Below, one piece after another: positions 49,364 to 58,944 of a DNA stretch of 64,000 nucleotides. This DNA is from an uncultured virus (IMG/VR IMGVR_UViG_3300033148_004385). Lineage: Duplodnaviria > Heunggongvirae > Uroviricota > Caudoviricetes. Position 1 is the first letter of the stretch. Each line of letters opens with the position of its first letter. The stretch is from positions 1 to 64,000 of IMG/VR virus record IMGVR_UViG_3300033148_004385; one strand, given 5' to 3'. The notes beneath the pieces are model-generated. The model worked only from the letters and a program-made list of their open reading frames with translations, was not told where the DNA came from and made no database searches. The position numbers were made by a program, and so were the translations under genes.

Positions 49364-50314
49364 TTACCAAAATTTTCTTAAACCAAAAGAAAACCATTTT
49401 TTCCTGCGTTTTTTTTCTACATCAAATTCATAATAATCTTCATATTCTTTATTACCATTTTCATAATACACCATTGTTTTACCATGTTGTAAATTATCTT
49501 TATAATTAATTTCAAGCCAAGGGTTACCATTTCGATAGTAACTTAAATAAAGACCATCCAATTTACCATATTTATAGTTTTCTTTGCTAGATATTATTCC
49601 ATTTTCATACCAACAAAAACATTCGCCATGTCTTTCCCCATCCAAGTAATTTGAAAGAATGTGTTTATTGCCATCACGGTACCATTGTTTATATTGACCA
49701 TGATTTTCACCATTTTTATAGTCTATATCAAATTCTTTATTACCATTCCAATACCATCCTAATTCTTTACCATCTTTTTTACCATTTTTATAGTCTATTA
49801 ATCTCAATACACTTCCAAATTCATCACAAACAATATATTTCCCATGTTTCAAGCCATCTTTATAATCAACCTCAATTTCTTTATTCATCTTTCTATAATA
49901 CCATATTTCTTTACCATGTTTTTTTCCATTCTTATAATTAATTTCAACTTCTTTTTTACCACCAACACGATATGTAATACATGTTCCATCTTCATACCAC
50001 CAAAATTCCTTACCTTCTTGTAACCCATCCACAAAAAAGAGTTCATATTTTTTATTTCCATTTCTATATCTATCGATAAATTTACCATGTTTTTTATTAT
50101 ACTTGTAATTCCTTTCGGATATTATTTCACCAGTGTCATAATACCAAATTTCTTTACCATGTTCTTTCCCATCTTTGTAACTTGTCTCAACACGTTTTTC
50201 ACCACTAACAGAATTATACACAATTACACCTGTATATGGTTTTGTCGTTAATATATGTAATAAGCCATCTTTAATAACCACATTTTTACCATTATTTACA
50301 ATCTTTTCAGTCAT
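49364..50314 (-). CDS. MORN-variant repeat protein 4
   Basis: MORN_2 repeats; basic amphipathic C-terminal tail. Confidence 0.9.
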   Translation of the reverse strand: MTEKIVNNGKNVVIKDGLLHILTTKPYTGVIVYNSVSGEKRVETSYKDGKEHGKEIWYYDTGEIISERNYKYNKKHGKFIDRYRNGNKKYELFFVDGLQEGKEFWWYEDGTCITYRVGGKKEVEINYKNGKKHGKEIWYYRKMNKEIEVDYKDGLKHGKYIVCDEFGSVLRLIDYKNGKKDGKELGWYWNGNKEFDIDYKNGENHGQYKQWYRDGNKHILSNYLDGERHGECFCWYENGIISSKENYKYGKLDGLYLSYYRNGNPWLEINYKDNLQHGKTMVYYENGNKEYEDYYEFDVEKKRRKKWFSFGLRKFW

Positions 50315-50322
50315 TATATCCC

Positions 50323-50781
50323 CTATACATTATCTTGTTTAACACCATTAACAAAATTAATAAAATATTCAATTTCACCATCTTCAAGCCAACTAGTAAA
50401 CCTACCTTCTTTTTCACCATCGATATAATTACCTTCATATTCTATTTTACCATTATAGAACCACCAAGTAGCCTTACCATGTTTTTTACCATCTTTATAA
50501 TTTACTTCTGATTCCTTATTGCCATTGTAATACCAAGAAGTTTCTAATCCATGCCTTTTACCATCCTTAAAAAATTTAACAACATCTTTTTCTCCAAACC
50601 AAACCCATTCACAAAATTTACCATCCAATAAACCATTTTTATAATTTATTAAATTCTTCATATTTCCATTACTATACAATATTATTTCTGTACCATCTTT
50701 TAAACCATCTTTATATTCAATCTTATATTCACCACTTTTTTCAACCACACCTGTGAAGTTTTCACCATTTATTTTAAACAT
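50323..50781 (-). CDS. MORN-variant repeat protein 5
   Basis: MORN_2 repeats. Confidence 0.9.
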   Translation of the reverse strand: MFKINGENFTGVVEKSGEYKIEYKDGLKDGTEIILYSNGNMKNLINYKNGLLDGKFCEWVWFGEKDVVKFFKDGKRHGLETSWYYNGNKESEVNYKDGKKHGKATWWFYNGKIEYEGNYIDGEKEGRFTSWLEDGEIEYFINFVNGVKQDNV

Positions 50782-50804
50782 GTTTTACACCTTATCATAT
50801 TTTA

Positions 50805-51572
50805 TTATTTAATATATCCATCAACATAAACACACATATTTTTTTTTCTTCCATCTTTATAATATTCAATGCTATCACCATGGAAATAACCATCTTTATG
50901 ATTACGTTCATATCGTATATTACCATTCTCAAAAAATTCTAATTCTTTACCGTGTTTATCCCCATCTTTATAATTACATTCATATCTTTTCTTACCATTT
51001 TCATACCATTCACTATCGTTACCATGAAATTTATCATCCTTATAATTTGCAACACATTTTATATTCCCGTAATAATACCATTTTATTTCTTTACCGTGTC
51101 GTTTACCCTCATTATAATTTCGTTCTAATTCCTTGTTTCCATTCTCATGCCATCTTGTTTGAAGCCCATGCGACAAACAACCCTTATAATTAAATTTGCA
51201 GTGGCTACCACCATTTTTATAAAACCAAAGTTCTACACCATCCAATTTACCATTAACATATGATGAATCAATTTTTATATTTCCATTTTCCCACCATACA
51301 ATATGTTTACCATTTACTACACCATTATCAAAATTAGTTTCAGATTCTTTATTTCCATTATCATACCATTTCGTATATTTACCATCAAATTCGCCATCTT
51401 TAAATATAACCTCATATTTCACTTTACCATTCTCATAAAAACTTTTAAATTTTCCATTTCTCAAACCATTTTTATAACTACCATCTTCACCCACAACATT
51501 AATTGCTTGACCTGTATATGTAATTTCTTTTAGTTCATAAAATTTACCGTTATATTCTGCAACTATTTTCAT
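50805..51572 (-). CDS. MORN-variant repeat protein 6
   Basis: MORN_2 repeats. Confidence 0.9.
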   Translation of the reverse strand: MKIVAEYNGKFYELKEITYTGQAINVVGEDGSYKNGLRNGKFKSFYENGKVKYEVIFKDGEFDGKYTKWYDNGNKESETNFDNGVVNGKHIVWWENGNIKIDSSYVNGKLDGVELWFYKNGGSHCKFNYKGCLSHGLQTRWHENGNKELERNYNEGKRHGKEIKWYYYGNIKCVANYKDDKFHGNDSEWYENGKKRYECNYKDGDKHGKELEFFENGNIRYERNHKDGYFHGDSIEYYKDGRKKNMCVYVDGYIK

Positions 51573-52396
51573 TATAACACCTCACCATTTTTATATTCAT
51601 ATTCACATTCTTTCTTACCATTTCTATACCACCAAGTTTGTATACCATGTTTTTTTCCATTTACATAGTTTTCTTCTACATCTATTTTACCATTTCTATA
51701 CCACCATGTTTCTTTACCATGTTTTAAACCATTTTTATAATTTGTTTCTATGTATTTGCAGCCATTATTATACCACTGAATTTGAAGACCATGTTTTTCA
51801 TCATTTACATAATTTGTTTCACATTCTTTCTCACCATTTCTATACCATTCTGTGTGTCTGAAATCCCCATTACCATCAGTATAGTATAAGTCTTTTTTAT
51901 TACCATCCATATAAAAGACTATTTTTTCACCGATATGTTTATCATTCACATAACATGATACCATCTTGATTTCACCGTTTTCATGCCACCAAATTTCTTT
52001 ACCCTCTTGTATGCCAGATTTATAATTTCGTTCTATATATTTATTCCCATTTTCATACCAAGTTTCATGTGTTCCATTTTTATCATCATCTAAATATGGG
52101 ATTTTTTCATGAATTGCACCACTTTTGTGATATGTATTAATATAACCATCCCTTTTACCATTTACATAATCACATTCATAACTTCTGTTGCCATTTTCAT
52201 GCCACCAAATTTCTTTACCGTGTCTTTTACCATTTTCATATTTTATATTAAATTTCATCCCACCAGAAGGGAATTTTTCAATAATACTTCCTGTAAATAT
52301 TTCACGTTTTTTTAATGTATATAAAATACCACCTAATTTAAATACATCTTTTTTATATAAAATATTATCTGTTTTAAGATTGTTTTTGACACTCAA
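51572..52396 (-). CDS. MORN-variant repeat protein 7
   Basis: MORN_2 repeats; TTG start after GGGGG. Confidence 0.88.
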   Translation of the reverse strand: MSVKNNLKTDNILYKKDVFKLGGILYTLKKREIFTGSIIEKFPSGGMKFNIKYENGKRHGKEIWWHENGNRSYECDYVNGKRDGYINTYHKSGAIHEKIPYLDDDKNGTHETWYENGNKYIERNYKSGIQEGKEIWWHENGEIKMVSCYVNDKHIGEKIVFYMDGNKKDLYYTDGNGDFRHTEWYRNGEKECETNYVNDEKHGLQIQWYNNGCKYIETNYKNGLKHGKETWWYRNGKIDVEENYVNGKKHGIQTWWYRNGKKECEYEYKNGEVL

Positions 52397-52522
52397 AGTG
52401 ATACCCCCAAAAGGAATATTATAATGTGTTTTGATTATTTAATGAAATGTGTATTGTTTTTAATTATTTTGATTCTTTAGTCGTACCAGAAACCAGTTGC
52501 ACCATCTTCCCTTGTTGAATCA

Positions 52523-52969
52523 TTATCGTATAACCACCAACAAACCATTTTCATATTTTTCTTTAGTTACTTCATTACCTTTGTTATCCCATTCGGTATA
52601 TATTCCATGTTTTACACCATCTTTATAATTAGATTCATTTTTTTTATTTCCATTATTATAATATACGTTAACAACACCCTCTATTTTATCATTTTTAAAA
52701 AAACATTTTATGAATACATTACCATTTCCATGCCATTCTGTGTGTTCACCATTTCGTTTACCATTTTTATAATTTAATTCAGTTTTTTTATTACCATTTT
52801 CATACCAATAAATTTCTTTACCATCTTTTAAACCATTGTTATAGTTTGTCTCACTACATTTTGCACCATTACCCCATTATTCAGTAACAACACCAGTATA
52901 TTCATTATCAACAATTTGATATAATACACCATCAATTACCATACAATCATTAATATCAATTTTATTCAT
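52523..52969 (-). pseudogene. MORN-variant repeat gene 8 with premature TAA
   Basis: AGGAG RBS; MNKIDINDCMVIDGVLYQIVDNEYTGVVTE*WGNGAKCSETNYNNGLKDGKEIYWYENGNKK...; TAA at 52877-52879. Confidence 0.85.
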
Positions 52970-52978
52970 TTTAATCTC

Positions 52979-53767
52979 CTATAAACTATAATTTTTCTTG
53001 CCATTTTCATAATAAAAAAGACTTTTTGTTTTCCCATCTTCATACCAAGACATATAATCACCATTTAATACACCCTTTTTGTAATTCATTTCTTTTTTCC
53101 TATTCCCATTTTCATGATATAAATTAACCTTCCCAATTGGCATATCATTTCTATAATTAGTTTCACTTTTTTTGTTACCATTACTAAACCAAATAATTTC
53201 TTTACCATTTAATCTATCATTTCTATAATTCGCCTTACTTTTTTTCTTACCATCTTTATACCATTCTTTTTGAACACCATGCAATAAACCATTTTCATGG
53301 TTATTTTCACTTTTGATGTTTCCATCTTCATACCAACGAATTTCTTTACCATATTTATTATTGTTTTTTAAGTTACACTCACATTTTTTATTACCATTTT
53401 CATACCAATGTGTGTGTTTATTATTATAATTTATTTCACGTCTTTTATTTCCATTTTCATCCCACTCAATAAGTATGCCATCTAATTTACCATCAGCATA
53501 AAACATTTGCGTTTGTTTCCCACCATTATCAAACCATTTAGTGTATTCACCATGTTGTTTTCCATTCTTATAATTAATTTCATATTCTTTTTTACCATTT
53601 TCATCATAATGAATGTTTTTACCATGTATTAAACCATTTTTATAAACCCCTTCACTAATTATTTTATCATCATATTGTCTAATGACAACCCCAGTGTAAC
53701 CACTGTTTTTTATTTCGTATAATACACCGTTTTTTATCACACAATTGTCGAAATCAGTTTTATTCAT
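52979..53767 (-). CDS. MORN-variant repeat protein 9
   Basis: MORN_2 repeats; AGGGG RBS before ATG 53767. Confidence 0.9.
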   Translation of the reverse strand: MNKTDFDNCVIKNGVLYEIKNSGYTGVVIRQYDDKIISEGVYKNGLIHGKNIHYDENGKKEYEINYKNGKQHGEYTKWFDNGGKQTQMFYADGKLDGILIEWDENGNKRREINYNNKHTHWYENGNKKCECNLKNNNKYGKEIRWYEDGNIKSENNHENGLLHGVQKEWYKDGKKKSKANYRNDRLNGKEIIWFSNGNKKSETNYRNDMPIGKVNLYHENGNRKKEMNYKKGVLNGDYMSWYEDGKTKSLFYYENGKKNYSL

Positions 53768-53854
53768 AATATCCCCTATAAATAGTGACTTGATTATCAC
53801 TTATTGATATTATACAGATTTTTTTGGGATTGTTAAGTTTTTTTTTAGATTTAT

Positions 53855-54418
53855 TTAAGATTCTTTAATTTTAACACCATTTTCGTATAGTGTTTCTGAT
53901 TCTTTATTGCCATCTTCATCCCACCAAATTTCTTTACCATGCTTTTTTCCATTTACATACGTTGTTTCACAAGCTTTAGTGCCATCTTCATAAAACATTT
54001 GACTTAAACCATGAGGTAAATCGTTTTTATGTGTAAGAATATGTTTTTTTCCTTTATCCCCATCTTTATAATATTTAACCATAATACCATCTGATTTTCC
54101 ATTCTTAAAATTATATTCTCTTATTAAGCTTCCGTCCCATTCCCATTCAGTATATTTACCATGATATTCACCATCTTTATAATTAGTTTCTTCTGAAACC
54201 ACACCTTTTTCATAACAATGGTATTTTATGCATTTACCATCTTTCAACCCATTCTTGAAGTTATATATACTTCTAATTTCACCATCATCAGCAGCATCTT
54301 CATCATCCCAACGCCTTATTATTGACCCTGTATAACCTTTTTGTTGTCTTTCGTATATAACACCACCTTTTACAACAAAGTCGCTAAATTCGCTTGATTT
54401 ACTGTTTTCATTACTCAT
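53855..54418 (-). CDS. MORN-variant repeat protein 10
   Basis: MORN_2 repeats; directly behind promoter cassette copy C. Confidence 0.9.
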   Translation of the reverse strand: MSNENSKSSEFSDFVVKGGVIYERQQKGYTGSIIRRWDDEDAADDGEIRSIYNFKNGLKDGKCIKYHCYEKGVVSEETNYKDGEYHGKYTEWEWDGSLIREYNFKNGKSDGIMVKYYKDGDKGKKHILTHKNDLPHGLSQMFYEDGTKACETTYVNGKKHGKEIWWDEDGNKESETLYENGVKIKES

Positions 54419-54490
54419 ATTATCCTCCCTTGGATTATGGCTTAATTACCATCTGCTTATAATATACGGATTTTTTTCGGATTTATCAAG
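54419..54490 (-). promoter_or_regulatory. Repeated promoter-hairpin-RBS cassette, copy C
   Basis: Reverse strand TTGATA...TCCGTATATTATAAGCAGATGGTAATTAAGCCATAATCCAAGGGAGGATAAT. Confidence 0.8.
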
Positions 54491-54497
54491 GGTTATT

Positions 54498-54980
54498 TTA
54501 CTTTTTATTATTATCTTTTAATATTTCATCATTTTCCCAAAATTCTTTAAATTCGATACTACCATCTTCATGGTATCTAATATATTCACCATCTTTTAAA
54601 CCATCTTTGTAATTACATTCTGTTTCTTTATTCCCATTTTCATGCCATCTTATATACTTACCATTTATACCATCATTTACAAGAGTACACTCAACTTTTT
54701 TATTACCATTTTCATAAAAAGATTTTAATTGACCATTTAATAAATCGTCTTTGTAATAAGCGATTCTTTTTATTGCACCATTTAGGTGATATTCAATATA
54801 TTTCCCTTCTAATTTTCCATCCTTGTACTGCTGTATTGAAAACAAAAGATTGTTATTTAACCATGTGGTATATTTGCCATCCAACTTCCAGTTAAGAAGT
54901 GTGTAATCAGTTTTTTTATTCTCATGTTCTTCATCAAAAAAAGTAGTGATGTGAACTTTGTTAAGATTATCTTTACGCAT
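54498..54980 (-). CDS. MORN-variant repeat protein 11
   Basis: MORN_2 repeats. Confidence 0.88.
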   Translation of the reverse strand: MRKDNLNKVHITTFFDEEHENKKTDYTLLNWKLDGKYTTWLNNNLLFSIQQYKDGKLEGKYIEYHLNGAIKRIAYYKDDLLNGQLKSFYENGNKKVECTLVNDGINGKYIRWHENGNKETECNYKDGLKDGEYIRYHEDGSIEFKEFWENDEILKDNNKK

Positions 54981-55557
54981 AATTAAGCCCCAAATTAAAT
55001 GATATAATTTCTTTACCATCTTTGTAGTATTTTTCTAATTTTTTATTACCATCTTCATCCCACCAAATTTGTAAACCATCTTCTTCACCATCTTTATAAT
55101 TTATTTCCAGTTTTTTATTACCATTCTCATACCACCATGTTTTCTTACCATGTTCTTTCCCATCTTTGTAATTTGTTTCTATATATTTATTTCCATTTTT
55201 GTACCAATCAATTTGTAAACCATCTTGTTTCCCATCTTTATAATTTTCTTCAGATTTGTTATTACCATTTTTAAACCATTCAGCTTGTTTACCTACCAAA
55301 ACATCATTTAAATAATCCCTTTCCAGTTTCTTTACCCCATTACTAAACCAAACAATTTCTTTCCCATGTTTAAGACCATCTTTATAATTTTCTTCACTTT
55401 CTTTTTGGGTTTCCATTGAAAAATAATATTCAATCCATAAGCCATGTTTTAAACCATTTTTAATGTAACCAGTTGTATATTTCTCATTAACTTCACCTGT
55501 AAATGGTTTTTCTTTTAATTCATAAAATTTTCCATCATCAACTGCTATTCTACACAT
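54973..55557 (-). CDS. MORN-variant repeat protein 12
   Basis: MORN_2 repeats; AGGAGG RBS. Confidence 0.9.
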   Translation of the reverse strand: MCRIAVDDGKFYELKEKPFTGEVNEKYTTGYIKNGLKHGLWIEYYFSMETQKESEENYKDGLKHGKEIVWFSNGVKKLERDYLNDVLVGKQAEWFKNGNNKSEENYKDGKQDGLQIDWYKNGNKYIETNYKDGKEHGKKTWWYENGNKKLEINYKDGEEDGLQIWWDEDGNKKLEKYYKDGKEIISFNLGLNYA

Positions 55558-55561
55558 AATA

Positions 55562-55629
55562 TCCTCCTGTGAATGGTGGTATAATACCACCTATATAATA
55601 CATTGTATATTTAAAAATTAATTTGTCAA
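55562..55629 (-). promoter_or_regulatory. sigma70-type promoter with leader hairpin
   Basis: TTGACA-16-TACAAT, then GGTGGTA-TTA-TACCACC hairpin and AGGAGG. Confidence 0.6.
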
Positions 55630-55633
55630 GGAA

Positions 55634-56383
55634 TTATACTATGATATCATCTAAATATTCATATTCATATTGTTTACTTCCATCTTTGTAGAACCAAACA
55701 CATGCACCATGTTTTTTATCATCTTTATAATTTAATTCGTATTGTTTGTTACCATTATCATACCACCCTAATATAACACCCTCTTGTTTGTCGTCATTTA
55801 AAAAACCTTTGTATTCCAACTCACCATTTTTATGCCATCTTAAAGTGATACCATATACTATACCATTTTTTGTGTTTACTTCGTGTTTTTTATTCCCATT
55901 TTTATAAAACATTTTTTGAATACCATCAGCTAAACCCCTTTTATAAAACTCTATAAATTCAGTGTTACCATTTTCATACCATGTTATTAACTCAAAATCA
56001 CTCTTATTGTTTTTATTTTTATAGAAAACTTCAGATTTCCTTTTACCACTTCTATACCAACTTTTTAAATCTAAAAGAGCACATGAAATACCAATTCTTT
56101 TTTTGTTACCATTATCCCACCATTCACAAAACTCACCACGTTTTTTACCATTCACAAAATTATAAACACTTCTTTTATTACCCTTTTTATACCAATAGGT
56201 TCGTTTACCATTTAATTTACCATATTGATAATATTCTTCATAATACAAAACATTGTTGTATTTCCATTTTGTATATTTGCCTTCACGTTTATAATTAACA
56301 AGTGTGCATTCCGATTTCTTGTTAAAATCATCATAATAATTTATAATTTCACGTGTATTTGTGTTGTCTATCTTTCTATCCAT
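55634..56383 (-). CDS. MORN-variant repeat protein 13
   Basis: MORN_2 repeats. Confidence 0.9.
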   Translation of the reverse strand: MDRKIDNTNTREIINYYDDFNKKSECTLVNYKREGKYTKWKYNNVLYYEEYYQYGKLNGKRTYWYKKGNKRSVYNFVNGKKRGEFCEWWDNGNKKRIGISCALLDLKSWYRSGKRKSEVFYKNKNNKSDFELITWYENGNTEFIEFYKRGLADGIQKMFYKNGNKKHEVNTKNGIVYGITLRWHKNGELEYKGFLNDDKQEGVILGWYDNGNKQYELNYKDDKKHGACVWFYKDGSKQYEYEYLDDIIV

Positions 56384-56837
56384 TTTCACACCCCTTTTTA
56401 AGTAAACCACCATCTTTATAATAATATTTTACTACTTCCTTACCACTTTTATCCCAATGTATTTCTTCCCCATCTTTTAAACCAAATACATAATTTCGTT
56501 CTATATGTTTACCACCATTTTCATACCAAATAAATTCATAACCATTTTTAAAATAATTAAGATAATTTCTTTTTATATGAATATCCCCATTTTTATGCCA
56601 ATAAGTTTGTTCACCATTTCGTTTACCATTTTCGTAATTACATTCTTTATATCTTTTACCATTTTCATACCAATGAATTTCTTTACCATGTTTTTTACCA
56701 TCTACATAATCTATCTCACAAAATTTATTACCATCATCATATAAATCGACAAACTTACCAGTAAATGGGTTTTCTTTTAATTCATACATTAAACCACCCT
56801 TCAACCCAGTGTTCTCATAATTGACAACATTTTCCAT
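56376..56837 (-). CDS. MORN-variant repeat protein 14
   Basis: MORN_2 repeats. Confidence 0.9.
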   Translation of the reverse strand: MENVVNYENTGLKGGLMYELKENPFTGKFVDLYDDGNKFCEIDYVDGKKHGKEIHWYENGKRYKECNYENGKRNGEQTYWHKNGDIHIKRNYLNYFKNGYEFIWYENGGKHIERNYVFGLKDGEEIHWDKSGKEVVKYYYKDGGLLKKGCENG

Positions 56838-56847
56838 TTTTTTTACC

Positions 56848-57387
56848 TCATAATATATTACCTAACATTTTTTTTACCCTAATGTGTTTCTTTACATCCC
56901 AGTTACTTAAATCTTGTTTAAAGGATTTTGCATTTAAAAACATCCATTCCATATAAATTACATTGCTAACATTCCAACCACCAATATCACTATTAAAAGA
57001 ATCAGTATCCTTAAACATAGCAGTCATATCATAAACATTACTCACATCCCATTTACTTAAATCACCATTAAAAGAAGTAGCACCATAAAACATACTATTC
57101 ATATTGGTAGCACCACTTACATCCCAATTACTTATATCACAATCAAAAGTATTTGCATCCATAAACATATGACTCATGTTGTGAAGTTTTGATACATCCC
57201 AATCACTGATGTTTATGTTAGGGTATTTCTTGAAAATATTATTAATACCCAATGTGTCACCTTTGTTTTGATATCGTTGTACTTTTTTTGTTAAAAAACC
57301 TGTACGATAATCGGTAACAAATAAAGATTTAAGAAAATCACGAATTATTAATTTTCCGTTACTAAATTCTACTTGATATTTCATCAT
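56848..57387 (-). CDS. DUF285 / BspA-like repeat protein
   Basis: FNGDLSKWDVSNVYDMTAMF-type repeats. Confidence 0.88.
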   Translation of the reverse strand: MMKYQVEFSNGKLIIRDFLKSLFVTDYRTGFLTKKVQRYQNKGDTLGINNIFKKYPNINISDWDVSKLHNMSHMFMDANTFDCDISNWDVSGATNMNSMFYGATSFNGDLSKWDVSNVYDMTAMFKDTDSFNSDIGGWNVSNVIYMEWMFLNAKSFKQDLSNWDVKKHIRVKKMLGNIL

Positions 57388-58031
57388 AAAGTTATATCAT
57401 CAATCAAAAATCTATTTAATAATATAGATATATCATCATATATAGAAAGAATGTCATTAGAATCTTTTTTAACATCTACTGCTACAAGATTTAATGTTCT
57501 ATTATTAAATAATCTCTTTATGTCATCACCAAAAGCCTGGTAGCTAATAACTACATTTTTATCATTATTTAAATCTAAATAAGAGAATTCTTTAAACTCT
57601 AAACCAAAAGAATTTTCTAATTTCACCTCTATTTCTTTCTTTTCTTTTTGTGATTTACTGCTTCCATGTTTATCAATTAATTCACTAATTACATCAAATT
57701 TATAATAAAATGTTCTGTGTATTGATATAGGAAATACACCTTTCATAAAAAAGAATAAATATACAATCCTTTGTTGTCCATTAATAATATTATATCTATA
57801 ATCATTTATATTATAATACATATAAATGCTTGGGATTGGTATATTTTTTAGTAATGATACAACCAAATAGATTACAATTTTCTCTTCCCATACATATTTT
57901 TTTTGATGTTTTGGTATAAAATATGTACCTGAAGACATTCTGTCTATGATTGTATCAATTGGTGTCTTTGAGTCACTATATCCAATATCAGCATTCATTA
58001 AATCACCTATATTAACACTTTTATTTTTCAT
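57384..58031 (-). CDS. Solo DUF262 (ParB-like, GmrS-type) domain protein, degenerate
   Basis: IPKHQKKYVW, SLLKNIPIPSIY, IINGQQRI. Confidence 0.8.
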   Translation of the reverse strand: MKNKSVNIGDLMNADIGYSDSKTPIDTIIDRMSSGTYFIPKHQKKYVWEEKIVIYLVVSLLKNIPIPSIYMYYNINDYRYNIINGQQRIVYLFFFMKGVFPISIHRTFYYKFDVISELIDKHGSSKSQKEKKEIEVKLENSFGLEFKEFSYLDLNNDKNVVISYQAFGDDIKRLFNNRTLNLVAVDVKKDSNDILSIYDDISILLNRFLIDDITL

Positions 58032-58101
58032 TTTTTTTACCTCATGACATTGAAATCAACTATTTTAATTCATTGGGTTTTTGTGTTTATTTTACCGTTA
58101 T

Positions 58102-58467
58102 CTAACCACCACATTTAAAACCATTTTTATAATCTATTTCACTTTTTTTATTGCCATTTTTATACCATTTAGTTTCCTTACCATTTAATTCACCATTTAA
58201 ATAAAATCTCTCAAATACTTTACACCCATTATCATAATACAATATTTCTTTCCCATGTTTTTCACCATTTTTATAATCCACACTTTTTTGTTTATTCCCA
58301 GTATAACCCCATAATATACAAATACCATGTTTTATGCCACTTTCGTATTCTATTTCATGATGTTTATTACCCTTATCATATAAATCAATGAATTTACCAG
58401 TAAAAGGTTCTTGTTTTAATTCATATGCTAAACCGTTGTGTTCGCCTATTTTATCAGTTGTTGTCAT
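58102..58467 (-). CDS. MORN-variant repeat protein 15
   Basis: MORN_2 repeats; AGGAG RBS. Confidence 0.9.
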   Translation of the reverse strand: MTTTDKIGEHNGLAYELKQEPFTGKFIDLYDKGNKHHEIEYESGIKHGICILWGYTGNKQKSVDYKNGEKHGKEILYYDNGCKVFERFYLNGELNGKETKWYKNGNKKSEIDYKNGFKCGG

Positions 58468-58506
58468 AATATGCTCCTATAAAAACAACAAAATCATTGT
58501 TATAAT

Positions 58507-58535
58507 ACTATATCATTTGTTTATTATTTTGTCAA
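58507..58535 (-). promoter_or_regulatory. sigma70-type promoter
   Basis: TTGACA-17-TATAGT with TG extension. Confidence 0.6.
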
Positions 58536-58572
58536 TTTGAAAGATTATTTTACTGAAGATGTCTTTTTATAT

Positions 58573-58944
58573 TCATTTTTTACACAAAACATTTTTTAAT
58601 GTTTTAATGACAGACTCTTTAACTATATCAATGTTATCAACCATAGTTTTTGTCTTTGGGTTTTCAGAAATAAGACCAATGCTACCATCATTATAATATT
58701 CTAAATAAACAATTTTATATGTATTGCGAAAGACTAAACAAACCCCTTCATCAGCAGAAGTAGTAACACGAAACGGTATTAATTTATTAGAAACAAATTC
58801 AGGTATCATTTTTCTTAAACCATCTAAAATTTCTTTAGATGGTTTTTCACCCATTTCTTCATGTGGGTAATTACCACCAGATAACCAATTTTCTAAATCA
58901 TCAATTTTTTTTAATAATATTTCATTAAAATCAATCATCACCAA
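58573..58944 (-). CDS. Hypothetical protein
   Basis: 123 aa non-MORN ORF inside the array. Confidence 0.65.
   Translation of the reverse strand: MVMIDFNEILLKKIDDLENWLSGGNYPHEEMGEKPSKEILDGLRKMIPEFVSNKLIPFRVTTSADEGVCLVFRNTYKIVYLEYYNDGSIGLISENPKTKTMVDNIDIVKESVIKTLKNVLCKK

Noticed and set aside
36563..52969. Stop-codon reassignment suggested by two in-frame TAA codons
   Set aside because: TAA, TAG and TGA all terminate conserved genes at expected lengths; two isolated cases fit nonsense mutations or errors.
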